The translations under genes were made by a program, and so were the position numbers. This document shows positions 52,191-63,145 of a stretch of 64,000 nucleotides of DNA, in pieces. This DNA is from an uncultured Bacteroides sp. (GTDB lineage Bacteria; Bacteroidota; Bacteroidia; Bacteroidales; UBA932), in the NCBI GenBank assembly GCA_945874355.1, contig CAMCGB010000002.1, positions 137,475 through 201,474 on the forward strand. Direction: 5' to 3'. Every line of letters starts with the position of its first letter. Positions within the stretch are counted from its first letter, which is position 1. The notes under the pieces were generated by a model. That model searched no databases. It saw only the letters and a list, made by a program, of their open reading frames with translations, and was not told the origin of the DNA.

Positions 52191-53327
52191 ATGTCAGTTA
52201 CAATCAAAGAAGTTAAGTCGCGCGCCCAGTTGCGTACTTTCGTCAATTTCCCCGAGTTGATATACAAGGACGACCCTTGCTATGTTCCCCCCATCGTATT
52301 CGACCAGATGGACACCCTCGACCAGAAAAAGGGCGCGGCCCAGTCTTTCTGCAAGTCAGCCCTCTACCTTGCCTACAAGGACGGGAAGCTGGCCGGAAGA
52401 GTCGCCGCAATAGTCAATAATCTGGCCAACAAGCAGTGGGACCATAAAGAAGTCCGTTTCGGATGGTATGACTTCATTGACGATGTAGAGGTGTCCAGGG
52501 CTCTTATGGACAAGGTGGAGGAGTTTGGCCGCCAGTACGGTATGGAGTCGGTGGTAGGGCCCCTGGGCTTTACGGATTTCGACCCTGAGGGTCTTCTGGT
52601 GGAGGGTTTTGACTGTCTGAGCACTATGGCCCTTATCTACAACCGCCCCTACTATGTGACCCATATCGAGAATATGGGCTTCAAAAAGGACGCCGATTGG
52701 ATTGAGCTCAAGATAACCATCCCGGAGCAGCTGCCCGACAGGGTGCTCAGGGTGGCAGAAATCCTGCGCCAGAGAGCCAATGTGCATATCCGTCCCCTTA
52801 CCCACAAGCTGATCCGCAAGGAGGATTACGGCCACAAGCTTTTCGATCTGATCAACGACTGCTATAAGGACCTGTACAACTTCACTGTCCTGCCGCGTGA
52901 GATGGCCGACAAGTATCTGGGCTTCTATCTCAGCATTCTGGACCTGGATTATGTGACCATCCTCGAGAACGAGAAGAACGAGCCTGTCGCCTTCGGCATC
53001 ACTATGCCTTCAATCGCCAGGGCACTTCAGAAGAGCCGCGGAAAGCTCTTCCCCTTCGGCTGGTTCTACATTCTGCGTTCGCTTTTCTTCAAGCATGAGG
53101 AGGGCGTGGAGATGCTGCTTGTCGGAGTCCGTCCCGACTACCAGAACAGCGGAATCAACTCTCTCGTGATGGCCGACATGTTCCGCAAATACTCCGAAAA
53201 GGGAGTGAAATGGGCCGAAACCAACGCCATCCTGGAGACCAATCTCAAGAATCAGGGGCAGTTTAAGGATTTTGAGTCCGAGAGAAAGAAGAGACGTCGC
53301 TCTTATATCAAACCGCTTGATTATTAG
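52191..53327 (+). CDS. GNAT-family N-acetyltransferase-like protein
   Basis: VGVRPDYQNSGINSLVMADM resembles GNAT motif A. 378 aa. Confidence 0.45.
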   Translation: MSVTIKEVKSRAQLRTFVNFPELIYKDDPCYVPPIVFDQMDTLDQKKGAAQSFCKSALYLAYKDGKLAGRVAAIVNNLANKQWDHKEVRFGWYDFIDDVEVSRALMDKVEEFGRQYGMESVVGPLGFTDFDPEGLLVEGFDCLSTMALIYNRPYYVTHIENMGFKKDADWIELKITIPEQLPDRVLRVAEILRQRANVHIRPLTHKLIRKEDYGHKLFDLINDCYKDLYNFTVLPREMADKYLGFYLSILDLDYVTILENEKNEPVAFGITMPSIARALQKSRGKLFPFGWFYILRSLFFKHEEGVEMLLVGVRPDYQNSGINSLVMADMFRKYSEKGVKWAETNAILETNLKNQGQFKDFESERKKRRRSYIKPLDY

Positions 53328-53341
53328 GATATAAAACAATA

Positions 53342-54646
53342 ATGTTTGAGTCTATAACAAAAATGTTACCGCCCTTGCCGGAGCGTATGAGGCCCAATAA
53401 TCTGGACGAATATGTCGGACAGAGGCATCTGGTGGGCAAGGGTTGCGTACTTCGCAAGATGATAGACTCGGGCAGCCTTTCTTCCTTTATATTATGGGGC
53501 CCTCCGGGAGTCGGCAAGACTACTCTCGCCCGCATAATCTCCAAATCCCTGTCAAGGGAGTTCTATACTCTGTCGGCTATCAGCTCGGGAGTAAAGGACC
53601 TTCGGGACGTCATAGACTCGGCCAAACAGAAGTCGCTGTTTTCCTCCTCTGCCGCTCCGATTCTGTTCATAGACGAAATACACCGCTTCAACAAAGCCCA
53701 GCAGGATGCCCTGTTGGGCGCCGTGGAAGCGGGAACCATAGTTCTTATCGGCGCTACCACCGAGAACCCTTCATTTGAAGTCAACTCTCCCCTCCTCTCG
53801 CGCTGCCAGGTGTTTGTCCTCAAAAGCCTTGAAAGGGAGGATCTGATGAGCCTTCTGCAAAGGGCGGTAAGCGAAGATGTGCTTCTGAAACAGAAGAATA
53901 TACATCTGGACCAGACTGATGCCCTTCTGAGGCAGAGCGGAGGCGATGCGAGAAAGCTCCTTAACATACTTGAGATAGTTGTCGATTCGCAGGCTGGGAA
54001 AGATGTCATAGTAATTGACAATAAGACAGTTACCGAGTGCCTGACCGATAATGTGGCTGTCTATGACAAGGATGGGGAGATGCATTACGACATCATCTCC
54101 GCCTTCATCAAGAGCGTGAGGGGTTCAGACCCGAATGCCGCCCTGTACTGGATGGCCCGTATGCTGGATGCCGGAGAAGACCCTCTTTTCATAGCCAGAA
54201 GGCTCTGCATCCTCGCCTCTGAAGACATCGGCCTGGCCAATCCCAACGCTATGCTGCTAGCGAACGCAACCTTCCAGACCGTCCATAACATAGGTATGCC
54301 CGAGGCCCGTATTCCGCTCAGCGAGTGTGCCATATACCTTGCCGGCTCGCCAAAGAGCAATTCGGCATATCTGGCCATAGATGCCGCCCTGCAGGCTGCA
54401 AAGCAGGACAGGGGTGCGGCAGTGCCTCTGTACCTGAGGAACGCCCCAACCTCTCTTATGGAGTCGCTCGGCTACTCCGACGGGTACAAATATGCCCACG
54501 ATTACCCGGGGCATTTCACCGACCTGGAATTTATGCCCTCTTCATTGCAGGGAAAAGTCTTCTACGAACCTCAGGCCAACGCCCAGGAAGACAGGCTTAA
54601 AGCTTATCTTCTCTCCTGCTGGCCCAAATATTACTCCAAGAAATAG
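53342..54646 (+). CDS. rarA: replication-associated recombination protein A (AAA+ ATPase)
   Basis: [14 protein letters not shown]-terminus, Walker [10 protein letters not shown], Walker [11 protein letters not shown] and the MgsA C-terminal domain. Confidence 0.9.
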   Translation: MFESITKMLPPLPERMRPNNLDEYVGQRHLVGKGCVLRKMIDSGSLSSFILWGPPGVGKTTLARIISKSLSREFYTLSAISSGVKDLRDVIDSAKQKSLFSSSAAPILFIDEIHRFNKAQQDALLGAVEAGTIVLIGATTENPSFEVNSPLLSRCQVFVLKSLEREDLMSLLQRAVSEDVLLKQKNIHLDQTDALLRQSGGDARKLLNILEIVVDSQAGKDVIVIDNKTVTECLTDNVAVYDKDGEMHYDIISAFIKSVRGSDPNAALYWMARMLDAGEDPLFIARRLCILASEDIGLANPNAMLLANATFQTVHNIGMPEARIPLSECAIYLAGSPKSNSAYLAIDAALQAAKQDRGAAVPLYLRNAPTSLMESLGYSDGYKYAHDYPGHFTDLEFMPSSLQGKVFYEPQANAQEDRLKAYLLSCWPKYYSKK

Positions 54647-54675
54647 CGCGCGCCCGCTTATGGCTTGAAGCTGCC

Positions 54676-56274
54676 TTATTTGATAGGGATTTTAAGCTTC
54701 TGGCCGGGACGTATGTTGTTGCTTGTAAGGCCGTTGGCTTTCTTGATGTTCTCTGCGCTCACTCCCGGGTAGAGCTTGGCGATGGTATAGAGCGAGTCTC
54801 CGCTCCTTACGGTGTAGTAGGCTCCTGAAGAACTGCTGCCGGAAGAGGAAGCCGCCGCAGAGGAAGAGCCGTAGATGTATAGGGTTTGACCTACCTTGAT
54901 ATTCGAACTCTTGAGATTGTTCCACTTTTTCAGCTGGCTCACAGTCACACCGTAGCGTGAGGCAATCTTGCCCAGATAGTCCCCGCTCTTGACCTTATAT
55001 GTGGTCCGGCTCTGTTTGGCGACGGCCTTTGCGGAGTTGTTGATGTCCTTTACCACCTTGCCGCTCAGCAGCGAGTCTGCCTTGTGGGCATATAGGCTGT
55101 CGCGGTCCACATCCAGGAATGCTCCTGTCCAGGTGTAAGGCAGCTTGAGGGTGTAGCTGTGGTTGTCGGCAGGGATTATATCGTTGAAATACTGAGGGTT
55201 AAGATTCCTCAAATCCTCCATAGGCACGCCTACCATCTCGTTTATCTGGGCAAAATGCAGATTCTTCCTGATTTCGAAAGTGTCGGTCTGGGCGGGCATT
55301 CCGACATCCATAGGGCTTAGTCCGTACTCCTTTGCATAGTTGAAGGCGTACATCACACCTACAAAAGCCGGGACGTAGCCTCTGGTCTCCTTCGGAAGGT
55401 AGGGATATATGCTCCAGAAATCCCTCTTGCCCCCTGCCCTTCTGATGGCTTTCGACACATTGCCCGCTCCGCAGTTGTACGAACTGATGGCGAGCGGCCA
55501 GTCCCCGAAGATGCGGTATGCGTCCCTCAGGTACCTCGCCGCGGCATCCATACTCTTCTCCACATCCATTCTCTCATCCACATAGGAGTTGATTTCCAGC
55601 CCGTAACTTCGTGCTGTCGAGTACATGAACTGCCATATTCCCTTCGCTCCCGCGCGGGAGGTGGCGGTGGGGTTGAGCATAGATTCCACTATGGCGACGT
55701 ATTTGAGCTCGAGCGGAAGGTTGTAGCTGTTGAGTATCTGCTCGAAGAGCGGGAAGTAATAATTGCTCAGTCCCATTACCCTGTTCATCTTGGAGGGCAT
55801 TTTCTCGGAGTAGAGTATGATGTAGTTCTTGACGTTGTCGTTGAAAGGCAGGGAGATGTAGGAGTTCATCGCCTTCAGGCGCCGTATCATCTCTTCGTCG
55901 CTGACATTGGACGAGAAGCGGACCGAGTCCATATCATACTCGCTGAGACTGTATTTGTCTTCGGAGTAGGTGTTGCGGTACCAGAGGTGAAGGAGGCTGT
56001 CGCTCACTTCGGGAGTGTACTCCACGATATCGGACTCGCTCTCGTTCCCTTCCATCACGGCAATCAACTCGCTGTCCTCAAGGTAGCGGCGCATCTGAAG
56101 GCTGTCCACTAGGCTCTGAAGCGAGTCCAGCGCGGTTTTAAGACTAAGATTCTCACTCTCCAGGGCCTTGCGTTTGGGGCGCTGAAGGAAGTCTTTCAGA
56201 TTGAAATTCTGCGCCTGGGCAAGGCTGGTGAGACTTAAAAGAAATGCTGCTGCGATGAGTGACTTTAATTTCAT
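54676..56274 (-). CDS. lytic transglycosylase (SLT domain) with two C-terminal LysM domains (MltD-like)
   Basis: VESMLNP...GAKGIWQFM SLT motifs, plus two LysM repeats (YKVKSGDYLGKIA and YTVRSGDSLYTIA). Confidence 0.85.
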   Translation of the reverse strand: MKLKSLIAAAFLLSLTSLAQAQNFNLKDFLQRPKRKALESENLSLKTALDSLQSLVDSLQMRRYLEDSELIAVMEGNESESDIVEYTPEVSDSLLHLWYRNTYSEDKYSLSEYDMDSVRFSSNVSDEEMIRRLKAMNSYISLPFNDNVKNYIILYSEKMPSKMNRVMGLSNYYFPLFEQILNSYNLPLELKYVAIVESMLNPTATSRAGAKGIWQFMYSTARSYGLEINSYVDERMDVEKSMDAAARYLRDAYRIFGDWPLAISSYNCGAGNVSKAIRRAGGKRDFWSIYPYLPKETRGYVPAFVGVMYAFNYAKEYGLSPMDVGMPAQTDTFEIRKNLHFAQINEMVGVPMEDLRNLNPQYFNDIIPADNHSYTLKLPYTWTGAFLDVDRDSLYAHKADSLLSGKVVKDINNSAKAVAKQSRTTYKVKSGDYLGKIASRYGVTVSQLKKWNNLKSSNIKVGQTLYIYGSSSAAASSSGSSSSGAYYTVRSGDSLYTIAKLYPGVSAENIKKANGLTSNNIRPGQKLKIPIK

Positions 56275-56277
56275 ACC

Positions 56278-57171
56278 TTAAAAACTGAAACCAATTCGGA
56301 GTCCTGCCGCAGGAGAGGACAGAGTGTTGCTCGCCATCTGGAACTGGGGCATAATGACCGTCGGTGATATACTCATTGAGAGGTCGTCATTGACCTCGAA
56401 ATTGTGCATATAGGAAAAGACGTTAGCGTCGATTATCTGCAGCACATACACGGCGCAGGTGGCCAGCAGGGCATAATCCCTGTAACGCCTGTAGATATTG
56501 CGGTAGTAGAGGGCCTGGTCTGCTGTGATGGGCCCGTCGTAGGTACCTGCAGAATCGGTGGCATCGATATAGATGCCGCGGAAACGCTGGAAATTCTTCG
56601 AGAAGTCGGAGTAGAAATGCAGGCCGGCGGCCATCATACCCCAATACAGGGGCACTTTCCAGTACTCCTTGTTGTACACCTGACCGAGGCCGGGCACGAG
56701 AAGGGAGTATAGAGTGGCCTTCCCGGCACTGGGATAATCGTCAGGTTTATAGCATATTACACCGTCCATCATACTCCCCCACCAGACCAGTCCGGCTCCG
56801 GCGAAGCTGAGTGCGGCAGCGGTGCTGTTGCCCTGCGAGCGGTAATGGAAGCCAAGGCCGAGACCGGTGCCTATGCCGGCGTAGATGATGGGCAGTTTCC
56901 AATACTGTTTGTTGTAGATCTGATTGCCGCCGATGAATACGGCTGAACCGGCGAACAAGGTACCCACCTTCAGCTCGTTCTTATGGCCAAGACCGCCGAA
57001 GTACTCTTTGAACGAAAAGAGCTTCTCGGTGGAGTCGGCTGCAGTTGCGGGGTCGTTGTTGTACTGCTGGCTGAATGCGGGGTCGCGGAACTGGGCATAC
57101 GAAGGCACAACGCTCCCAAGCGCCAGTGCAACAATAAGGAAGACAAGTATTTGGCCTCTTGATAATCTCAT
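56278..57171 (-). CDS. DUF5683-like membrane protein
   Basis: Repeated GQ(I/V)YNK(Q/E)YWK(L/V)P motifs. Occupies the conserved position between parB and the transglycosylase. Confidence 0.5.
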   Translation of the reverse strand: MRLSRGQILVFLIVALALGSVVPSYAQFRDPAFSQQYNNDPATAADSTEKLFSFKEYFGGLGHKNELKVGTLFAGSAVFIGGNQIYNKQYWKLPIIYAGIGTGLGLGFHYRSQGNSTAAALSFAGAGLVWWGSMMDGVICYKPDDYPSAGKATLYSLLVPGLGQVYNKEYWKVPLYWGMMAAGLHFYSDFSKNFQRFRGIYIDATDSAGTYDGPITADQALYYRNIYRRYRDYALLATCAVYVLQIIDANVFSYMHNFEVNDDLSMSISPTVIMPQFQMASNTLSSPAAGLRIGFSF

Positions 57172-58115
57172 CCGAGCTTCGAACTTTCAAGGGCTTTCAC
57201 GAACTCTCTGACCTCTTCGTCCGAATTGAAGCGTATGGTCATAGTGCCTTTTCCCGAGGCGCTGCGCTTCATTGAAATCTCGCCGCCGAAAAGCTTTCCT
57301 ATGCTTTCGAGCACCCTGCGGTAGTCGTCTGTAAGCTCGCTCTGGCCTTTCTTCGGGACTTTCACTGCGCTTGCAGGCTCAACCTGAACCTTGCGCACCA
57401 GCGCTTCGAGCTCGCGGACCGACATTCCGTCCCGGATGACCATATCGCAGAGCTGCTCCTGAATCTCGGGGTCCTCGACCGAGAGAATGGCCTTTGCATG
57501 GCCCGAACTCAGCAGGCCGACCTTTATGTCGTGCTGCACTTTGGCGGGAAGCTTGAGAAGGCGTATGGTGTTGGCTACCGTCGCCCTTTTCTTGCCTACC
57601 CTGTCGGCAAGCATATCCTGGGTGAGGCTGCACTCGTCGATGAGTCTCTGATAGCTCAGCGCAAGCTCAATCGGGTCGAGATTCTCCCTCTGGACATTCT
57701 CCACGATAGCCATCTCGAGCATGCCCTGGTCATCTGCCTCCCGAATGTAGGCGGGGATGACGGTCATTCCGGCCATGCGGCAGGCTTTATAACGCCTTTC
57801 TCCGCTGATAATCTGGAACTTGCGATCCGAGATGCGCCTTACGCTGATAGGCTGGATAAGGCCCAGGGTGCGAATCGAAGCGGCTAGCTCCTCGAGAGCC
57901 GCCTGGTCGAATGACATACGGGGCTGATATGGGTTGGGGTCTATCATATCCACCGGGATGCGCATAATGTCGGCGCTGTTCTCGGCTTTGATGGGCCTTT
58001 CGCCCACTATTTCCTTATTGACGTAGCCTACGGGCTTGCGCAGCTGGTCGGCAGACGGTACTGCCCCGAATATGGCGTCCACTCCCCTTCCCAGGCCTCT
58101 CTGTATCTTGCTCAT
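57168..58115 (-). CDS. parB: ParB/Spo0J chromosome partitioning protein
   Basis: GLGRG box, ParB box LIQPI.VR and GERR motif. Start set at MSKIQRGLGRG, forming an ATGA overlap with the parA stop. Confidence 0.9.
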   Translation of the reverse strand: MSKIQRGLGRGVDAIFGAVPSADQLRKPVGYVNKEIVGERPIKAENSADIMRIPVDMIDPNPYQPRMSFDQAALEELAASIRTLGLIQPISVRRISDRKFQIISGERRYKACRMAGMTVIPAYIREADDQGMLEMAIVENVQRENLDPIELALSYQRLIDECSLTQDMLADRVGKKRATVANTIRLLKLPAKVQHDIKVGLLSSGHAKAILSVEDPEIQEQLCDMVIRDGMSVRELEALVRKVQVEPASAVKVPKKGQSELTDDYRRVLESIGKLFGGEISMKRSASGKGTMTIRFNSDEEVREFVKALESSKLG

Positions 58116-58888
58116 ATCTTCTGTCCGTTGTGTTCCATAACTTCCCTTGCCAGATTGAGATAGTTGTTGGAACCGTTGCACATAATGTCATAAAGGATGA
58201 TGGGCTTGCCGTGGGATGGGGCTTCGCTCAAACGTATGTTCCTCTGTATGACGGTGTTGAATACTAAATCTTTGAAATGGTCCCTCAATTCGGCAAGCAC
58301 CTGGGTATGCACTCTGGTGCGTCCGTCGAACATCGTGACTACAAAACCCTCAATCTGAAGCGACGGGTTGACTCCGCTCTGGACTATCCTGACGGTCTGG
58401 AGCAGTTTCCCAAGGCCTTCGAGGGCGAAGAACTCAGGCTGGACGGGGATGATGACCGAGTCGGCGGCGGTAAGGGAGTTGATGGTAATAAGCCCGAGCG
58501 AAGGAGCGCAGTCGATGATGATGTAGTCGTAGTCGTCCCTGATGGGGGCGAGAGCGTTTTTCATTACCGATTCCCTGTCCGGAACCTCCAGAAGCTCGAT
58601 TTCTGCGCCGACCAGATTGATATGGGAGGGTATCATATGCAGCCTTTCGACTTCGGTCTGGATAAGAGAGTCCCGCACGTCCAACGAGCCTATCAGAACC
58701 TCGTAGAGAGTCCTTTTCTCATCATTGTCCGGAGAAAAGTTGAGCCCGGAGGTCGTATTGGCCTGAGGGTCAGCGTCAATGATGAGCACCTTCTTCTCCA
58801 GGACGGCAAGAGAAGCGGCAAGGTTGATGGCGGTGGTGGTCTTCCCCACTCCTCCTTTCTGATTGGCTATAGCTATGATTTTTCCCAT
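58112..58888 (-). CDS. parA: ParA/Soj partitioning ATPase
   Basis: Deviant Walker A NQKGGVGKTT, 258 aa. Confidence 0.9.
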   Translation of the reverse strand: MGKIIAIANQKGGVGKTTTAINLAASLAVLEKKVLIIDADPQANTTSGLNFSPDNDEKRTLYEVLIGSLDVRDSLIQTEVERLHMIPSHINLVGAEIELLEVPDRESVMKNALAPIRDDYDYIIIDCAPSLGLITINSLTAADSVIIPVQPEFFALEGLGKLLQTVRIVQSGVNPSLQIEGFVVTMFDGRTRVHTQVLAELRDHFKDLVFNTVIQRNIRLSEAPSHGKPIILYDIMCNGSNNYLNLAREVMEHNGQKI

Positions 58889-58917
58889 ATAATGCGTTTA
58901 TAATCCCTGTCAGAGCT

Positions 58918-58925
58918 ACAAAATT
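58918..58925 (-). promoter_or_regulatory. -7 box TAATTTTG for parAB
   Basis: The reverse complement of caaaatta matches TAnnTTTG. It lies about 30 nt upstream of the parA ATG. Confidence 0.4.
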
Positions 58926-58937
58926 AATAATTTTTCC

Positions 58938-58945
58938 TAATTTTG
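58938..58945 (+). promoter_or_regulatory. -7 box TAATTTTG for the lipid kinase gene
   Basis: Matches TAnnTTTG and lies 17 nt upstream of the ATG at 58962. Confidence 0.4.
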
Positions 58946-58961
58946 TGGAACGATTCAGGAA

Positions 58962-59921
58962 ATGACAGACAAAAACAGTACCCTATTTTTCGTAGTGAAT
59001 CCCCGTGCCGGTTCTGGCAAGACTATGTGCGAGTGGCTCCCGGCTGAGAAAGAGTTGGAAAGGGCGGGTATAGACTACATCACCGCTATGACCGACCATA
59101 AGCGCCACGCGACATCGTTGGCGATGGAGGCTTGTCAGCTGGGGTACCGCAAGATTATCGCAGTAGGCGGCGACGGATCGCTTCACGAAGTGTTCAACGG
59201 CATCTGCCGCTGGTGTGAGAACTCGAACTGCGACATTTCGGATTTCTTTATCGGGGTTATTCCTATCGGCTCGGGCAACGACTGGATCAAGAGTCTGGGC
59301 ATAGAAAAGGACGCCCGGGCAGCTTTGGAGTGCGTCTGCAGTCCTGAATACAGGATGATGGATGTGATAAGGGTGCAGAGCAGCGGTTCAAGGGTCTGCT
59401 ATATGGCCAATGTCGGCGGGGTCGGCTTTGACTCCCACGTCTGCCGCAGGGTGAACTCCCAAAAGGAGAGCGGCCGTAGAGGAAAGCTCATCTACCTGAA
59501 TTCCCTTGTTTATACGGTCAGCACCCTGCGTTCCATAAGGGTTGCCTGCTATGCCGACGGAGAAATGGTTTTCAGCGGGGAGTGTTATTCGATAGCCTTG
59601 GGCAACGGCAAGTATTCCGGCTCCGGAATGAGGCAGGTCCCAGCTGCTGAAATCGATGATTCGCTTGTCGATTATATGATAGTTCCGCGCCTGCCGTTGG
59701 GGAGGATACTCCTAGAAGCTCCCAGAATATTTACAGGAACCATCAATCAGTCTCCCTATGTGGTAAGCGGGCAATGCAAGTCATTCAAAGTGATGCCTTT
59801 GGATGCGGAATCTGAAGATATACTTGAGCTGGACGGGGAGCTTGAAGGAAGGCTTCCGATAAGCGTCGAGGTGCTCCCTTCGCAGATACGGGTGATGACT
59901 AGGCGCCTTAAGAACCGCTAG
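58962..59921 (+). CDS. diacylglycerol/lipid kinase family protein (YegS-like)
   Basis: GGDGSLHEV catalytic-domain motif. 319 aa. Confidence 0.8.
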   Translation: MTDKNSTLFFVVNPRAGSGKTMCEWLPAEKELERAGIDYITAMTDHKRHATSLAMEACQLGYRKIIAVGGDGSLHEVFNGICRWCENSNCDISDFFIGVIPIGSGNDWIKSLGIEKDARAALECVCSPEYRMMDVIRVQSSGSRVCYMANVGGVGFDSHVCRRVNSQKESGRRGKLIYLNSLVYTVSTLRSIRVACYADGEMVFSGECYSIALGNGKYSGSGMRQVPAAEIDDSLVDYMIVPRLPLGRILLEAPRIFTGTINQSPYVVSGQCKSFKVMPLDAESEDILELDGELEGRLPISVEVLPSQIRVMTRRLKNR

Positions 59922-60510
59922 CCTGGGGCTTGATTCTGTCTGAAACCTTTACGGCTGCAAAGGCCAACAGGGAGCCAATCAGTGCTCCAACGAAAAAGCC
60001 AACCAGGACGTCTCCGAGGAAATGCTTCCCTACGAATATTCGGCTTATTCCTACTAGCAGGGCCCACAGGATGATGGGATAGGTATAAAATCTTGATTTG
60101 CGGCGGATTATGTGTCTTATGCATAAGGCAGAGCACAAGGCGAAGCCCATACTGTTGGCAGCGTGGGCGGAGTAGAAGCCGTAGAGGTTGCCCTTCCCTT
60201 CCGCGAGCCGCAGTCCGTGGCTTGTCATCCATTCGTCCCAGCAGGGTCTGAGCCGCTGGAAATGTTCTTTGCAAATATTGCCCAGCTGGTCGCACAGGGC
60301 AACGGTCAGGATGCAGGCGAGGATGAAAACGAGGGCCTTTTTCCAGCCGAATCTCCAGATGAAGAAGATTATGACGGCAAGGTAGAGCGGAATCCAGAGA
60401 TTGCGGCTCGAAAACGCCTGCCACAGAGGGTCGCTCAAACTTGACCCCCCCATATTGATAGCCAGAGTTATGTCTTTATCGGCTTGTTCGAGAATAGCAG
60501 CCAGGTCCAT
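59908..60510 (-). CDS. PAP2-family phosphatase
   Basis: PAP2 motifs FQRLRP, YSAHA and SRIFVGKHFLGD. Membrane protein. Confidence 0.8.
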   Translation of the reverse strand: MDLAAILEQADKDITLAINMGGSSLSDPLWQAFSSRNLWIPLYLAVIIFFIWRFGWKKALVFILACILTVALCDQLGNICKEHFQRLRPCWDEWMTSHGLRLAEGKGNLYGFYSAHAANSMGFALCSALCIRHIIRRKSRFYTYPIILWALLVGISRIFVGKHFLGDVLVGFFVGALIGSLLAFAAVKVSDRIKPQASGS

Positions 60511-60558
60511 TGTCAGTTAGGAATTGTCGGTTTGTCAATTTTCGGGAATGCTGATCGC

Positions 60559-61551
60559 TTATTCCTGAAGGGTCTTCCAGAGTATGTCTTTCAGCTCCTT
60601 GAGCCCTTCACCCGTGCTGGATGATATGAAGACGTGAGGAATCTTGCGTGGCAGATGGGGCCTGATTTCCTTTTCTATGTCTTTGTCTATCAGGTCGCAC
60701 TTGGTGATTGCCAGAACCCTCTGCTTTGTGAGCAGCTCGGGATTGTACTGCTTGAGCTCGTTCAGAAGGGTCTTGTATGAAGCTGCGATGTCTTCCTCCT
60801 CGACGCTTACCATAAAGAGCAGCACCGAATTGCGCTCGATATGGCGCAGGAATCTGATGCCTATGCCCTTGCCTTCGTGCGCGCCCTCGATGATGCCGGG
60901 GATGTCTGCCATCACGAATGAGCGGCCGTCATAGTAGTTGACGATGCCGAGGTTGGGCTCGAGAGTGGTGAATGCATAGGAGGCGATTTTGGGCTTGGCG
61001 GCCGTGATGGTGCTCAGAAGCGTAGATTTGCCCGCATTCGGGAAGCCTACCAGACCTACATCGGCCAGCAGTTTGAGCTCCAGGATGAACACTCCCTCCT
61101 GCCCTTCTTCGCCCGGCTGGGCGTAGCGCGGCGTCTGATTGGTGGCGGTCTTGAAGTGGTCGTTACCCCAGCCTCCGCGGCCTCCTTTGCAGAGTATCCT
61201 TTCCTCTCCCGCTTCCATCATTTCGAACAGGACTTCTCCGCTTTCGGCGTCCTTGACTACGGTGCCGACGGGCACGTCAAGGTATATATCCTCTCCGTTT
61301 TTGCCCCGGCAGAGGGCTGCTCCGCCCTTTTCTCCGTCATCGGCTTTGATGTGCTTGCGGTACTTGAGGTGGATAAGGGTCCAGTATTGCGGGTTGGCCT
61401 TGAGGATAATGTGCCCCCCGCGGCCTCCGTCTCCCCCATCGGGTCCGCCCTTGGGGATGTACTTGGCCCTGTGAAGGTGCATCGACCCTGCTCCTCCGTG
61501 CCCTGAGGCACAATATATCTTTACGTAGTCTATGAAATTGCTGTCTGCCAT
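60559..61551 (-). CDS. obgE: GTPase Obg/CgtA
   Basis: Gly-rich Obg fold (GGDGGRGG), G1 GFPNAGKST and G4 TKCD. Confidence 0.9.
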   Translation of the reverse strand: MADSNFIDYVKIYCASGHGGAGSMHLHRAKYIPKGGPDGGDGGRGGHIILKANPQYWTLIHLKYRKHIKADDGEKGGAALCRGKNGEDIYLDVPVGTVVKDAESGEVLFEMMEAGEERILCKGGRGGWGNDHFKTATNQTPRYAQPGEEGQEGVFILELKLLADVGLVGFPNAGKSTLLSTITAAKPKIASYAFTTLEPNLGIVNYYDGRSFVMADIPGIIEGAHEGKGIGIRFLRHIERNSVLLFMVSVEEEDIAASYKTLLNELKQYNPELLTKQRVLAITKCDLIDKDIEKEIRPHLPRKIPHVFISSSTGEGLKELKDILWKTLQE

Positions 61552-61574
61552 ACGATCTTAATAGAGATAACTCG

Positions 61575-61582
61575 CAAAGATA
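61575..61582 (-). promoter_or_regulatory. -7 box TATCTTTG for obg
   Basis: The reverse complement of caaagata matches TAnnTTTG. It lies 24 nt upstream of the ATG. Confidence 0.4.
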
Positions 61583-61671
61583 GTGATTCTTTTTGAGCTT
61601 AAAAAGTCAGGAGCAGCAGATACCGTAACCGAAAAGCAAAGGAAGGATTTGGATATATTAAATTGTCGCAC

Positions 61672-61679
61672 TATATTTG
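61672..61679 (+). promoter_or_regulatory. -7 box TATATTTG for the DUF3990-like operon
   Basis: Matches TAnnTTTG and lies 38 nt upstream of the ATG at 61717. Confidence 0.4.
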
Positions 61680-61716
61680 CAACTATCGTTATAACGATAC
61701 TAAAATATTGGACATT

Positions 61717-62379
61717 ATGAGATTATATCATGGTTCTGTTTCAATTATTGAAAAGCCTGAACTTGGCAAGGGCAACCATAAGAATGATTATGGGCTAGGG
61801 CTATATTGTACGGAGCATGTCGAGCTTGCTAAAGAATGGGCCTGCTCAACAGGAAAAGACGGTTTTGTAAATGTTTATGAACTGAATGTGGAGCGTCTTA
61901 CAGAATGCAATCTGACTCAGGGTCATATTTTGAACTGGATGGCAATACTTTTGGAGAACAGGACGTTTGATCTTTCTGCCACTCTTGCTTCAGCTGCCAG
62001 AGATTATATTCTGGAAACCTTCCTTCCTGATTATAAAGAGTATGATATCATCAGGGGATATCGCGCAGATGATTCGTACTTTTCATTTGCAAAAGACTTT
62101 CTGAATAACAGCCTTTCTCTTGAGGAGCTGTCAAATGCAATGAAGTTAGGAAAACTGGGAGAACAGGTAGTCCTTAAAAGCGAGAAGGCATTCAAGGCTC
62201 TGGCTTTTCAGGAAGCCATACCGGTGGACAGCAGTGTTTATTATCCTAAATGGAAGAGTCGGGACTATAAGGCGCGCCTGGATTACAAGGAAATCAAAGA
62301 TAAATCTGACCCTTTTGAAGGAACATATATCCTGGATATTGTAAGGCAGCAATGGAGGAACGATGATGAACGCTTATGA
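61717..62379 (+). CDS. DUF3990-like protein (candidate H-Y-type ADP-ribosyltransferase-fold toxin)
   Basis: N-terminus MRLYHGS...GLGLYCT...AKEWA resembles DUF3990 proteins as I recall them. AT-rich. 17-nt overlap with the next gene. Start set at the ATG (61717), not the TTG (61663). Confidence 0.5.
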   Translation: MRLYHGSVSIIEKPELGKGNHKNDYGLGLYCTEHVELAKEWACSTGKDGFVNVYELNVERLTECNLTQGHILNWMAILLENRTFDLSATLASAARDYILETFLPDYKEYDIIRGYRADDSYFSFAKDFLNNSLSLEELSNAMKLGKLGEQVVLKSEKAFKALAFQEAIPVDSSVYYPKWKSRDYKARLDYKEIKDKSDPFEGTYILDIVRQQWRNDDERL

Positions 62380-63001
62380 TAAGATATATTTGGATGATGC
62401 AATGTCGAATCTGGCAGTAATGTTGGATTATGGAAGCGCAACTTATGGGGATCCGGAAACATTCTTCAACAGGTTTCTGGTCAGCGATATCTCCAAGCAG
62501 TTCGCTATGGGGAACCCTCGTTATCTTTCGGGAATGTCCGGCATTGAGTTGGCAGAAAGGGTAGTTGAAGAGACGGGACGTATGCCCTTAAATGCTGAAT
62601 ACAAGACATTTGGCAGGTCGGCTACATATTGGGCAGGCTGGGCATTGGCCTATCTGCAGTGGTATACAGGATATGCATTCGAGAAAATCAGGGACTGGGG
62701 CGTTGATATAGGATATATTCTTTCCCTATATCCGACATATCACGAGGCGGATATCACCAAGTTCATAGAGACTGCTACTTTAAGGATGGATGAATTCAAG
62801 GACAGGTCCCGGAATTCACTCAAGCGTCAGCGCGAATCCGCCGGACTGACACAGCAGGAACTTGCCCGCAGGTCAGGAGTCAAACTCCGGATGATTCAGG
62901 CATACGAGCAGAACTATCAGGATATATCCAAGGCGGAGGTCGGCTCAGTTATCAAACTGGCGAAAGCGTTGTCGTGCAGCGTGGAAGACCTGTTGGCTTA
63001 A
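62363..63001 (+). CDS. two-domain protein: uncharacterized N-terminal domain (possibly DUF3791-like) plus a C-terminal XRE HTH
   Basis: C-terminal LTQQELARRSGVKLRMIQAYEQNYQDISKAEVGSVIKLAKAL is a classic XRE HTH. The N-terminal ~150 aa contain YWAGWALAYLQWY. Confidence 0.55.
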   Translation: MMNAYDKIYLDDAMSNLAVMLDYGSATYGDPETFFNRFLVSDISKQFAMGNPRYLSGMSGIELAERVVEETGRMPLNAEYKTFGRSATYWAGWALAYLQWYTGYAFEKIRDWGVDIGYILSLYPTYHEADITKFIETATLRMDEFKDRSRNSLKRQRESAGLTQQELARRSGVKLRMIQAYEQNYQDISKAEVGSVIKLAKALSCSVEDLLA

Positions 63002-63129
63002 ATAATATAAAGAAGATTCCACCCTGTTCTAACGGTCTAAAGACGGAAGCATTATAATCTTTTTCAAAGTGGAGCGTAGAATAAATGGAAGAAGTAATCA
63101 ATATGCCACAATTTTGCAGAAGCTTTTGT

Positions 63130-63137
63130 TATCTTTG
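63130..63137 (+). promoter_or_regulatory. -7 box TATCTTTG upstream of the WYL gene
   Basis: Matches TAnnTTTG, lies 9 nt before the ATG at 63146 and is preceded by TTTTG. Confidence 0.35.
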
Positions 63138-63145
63138 CAGTCATT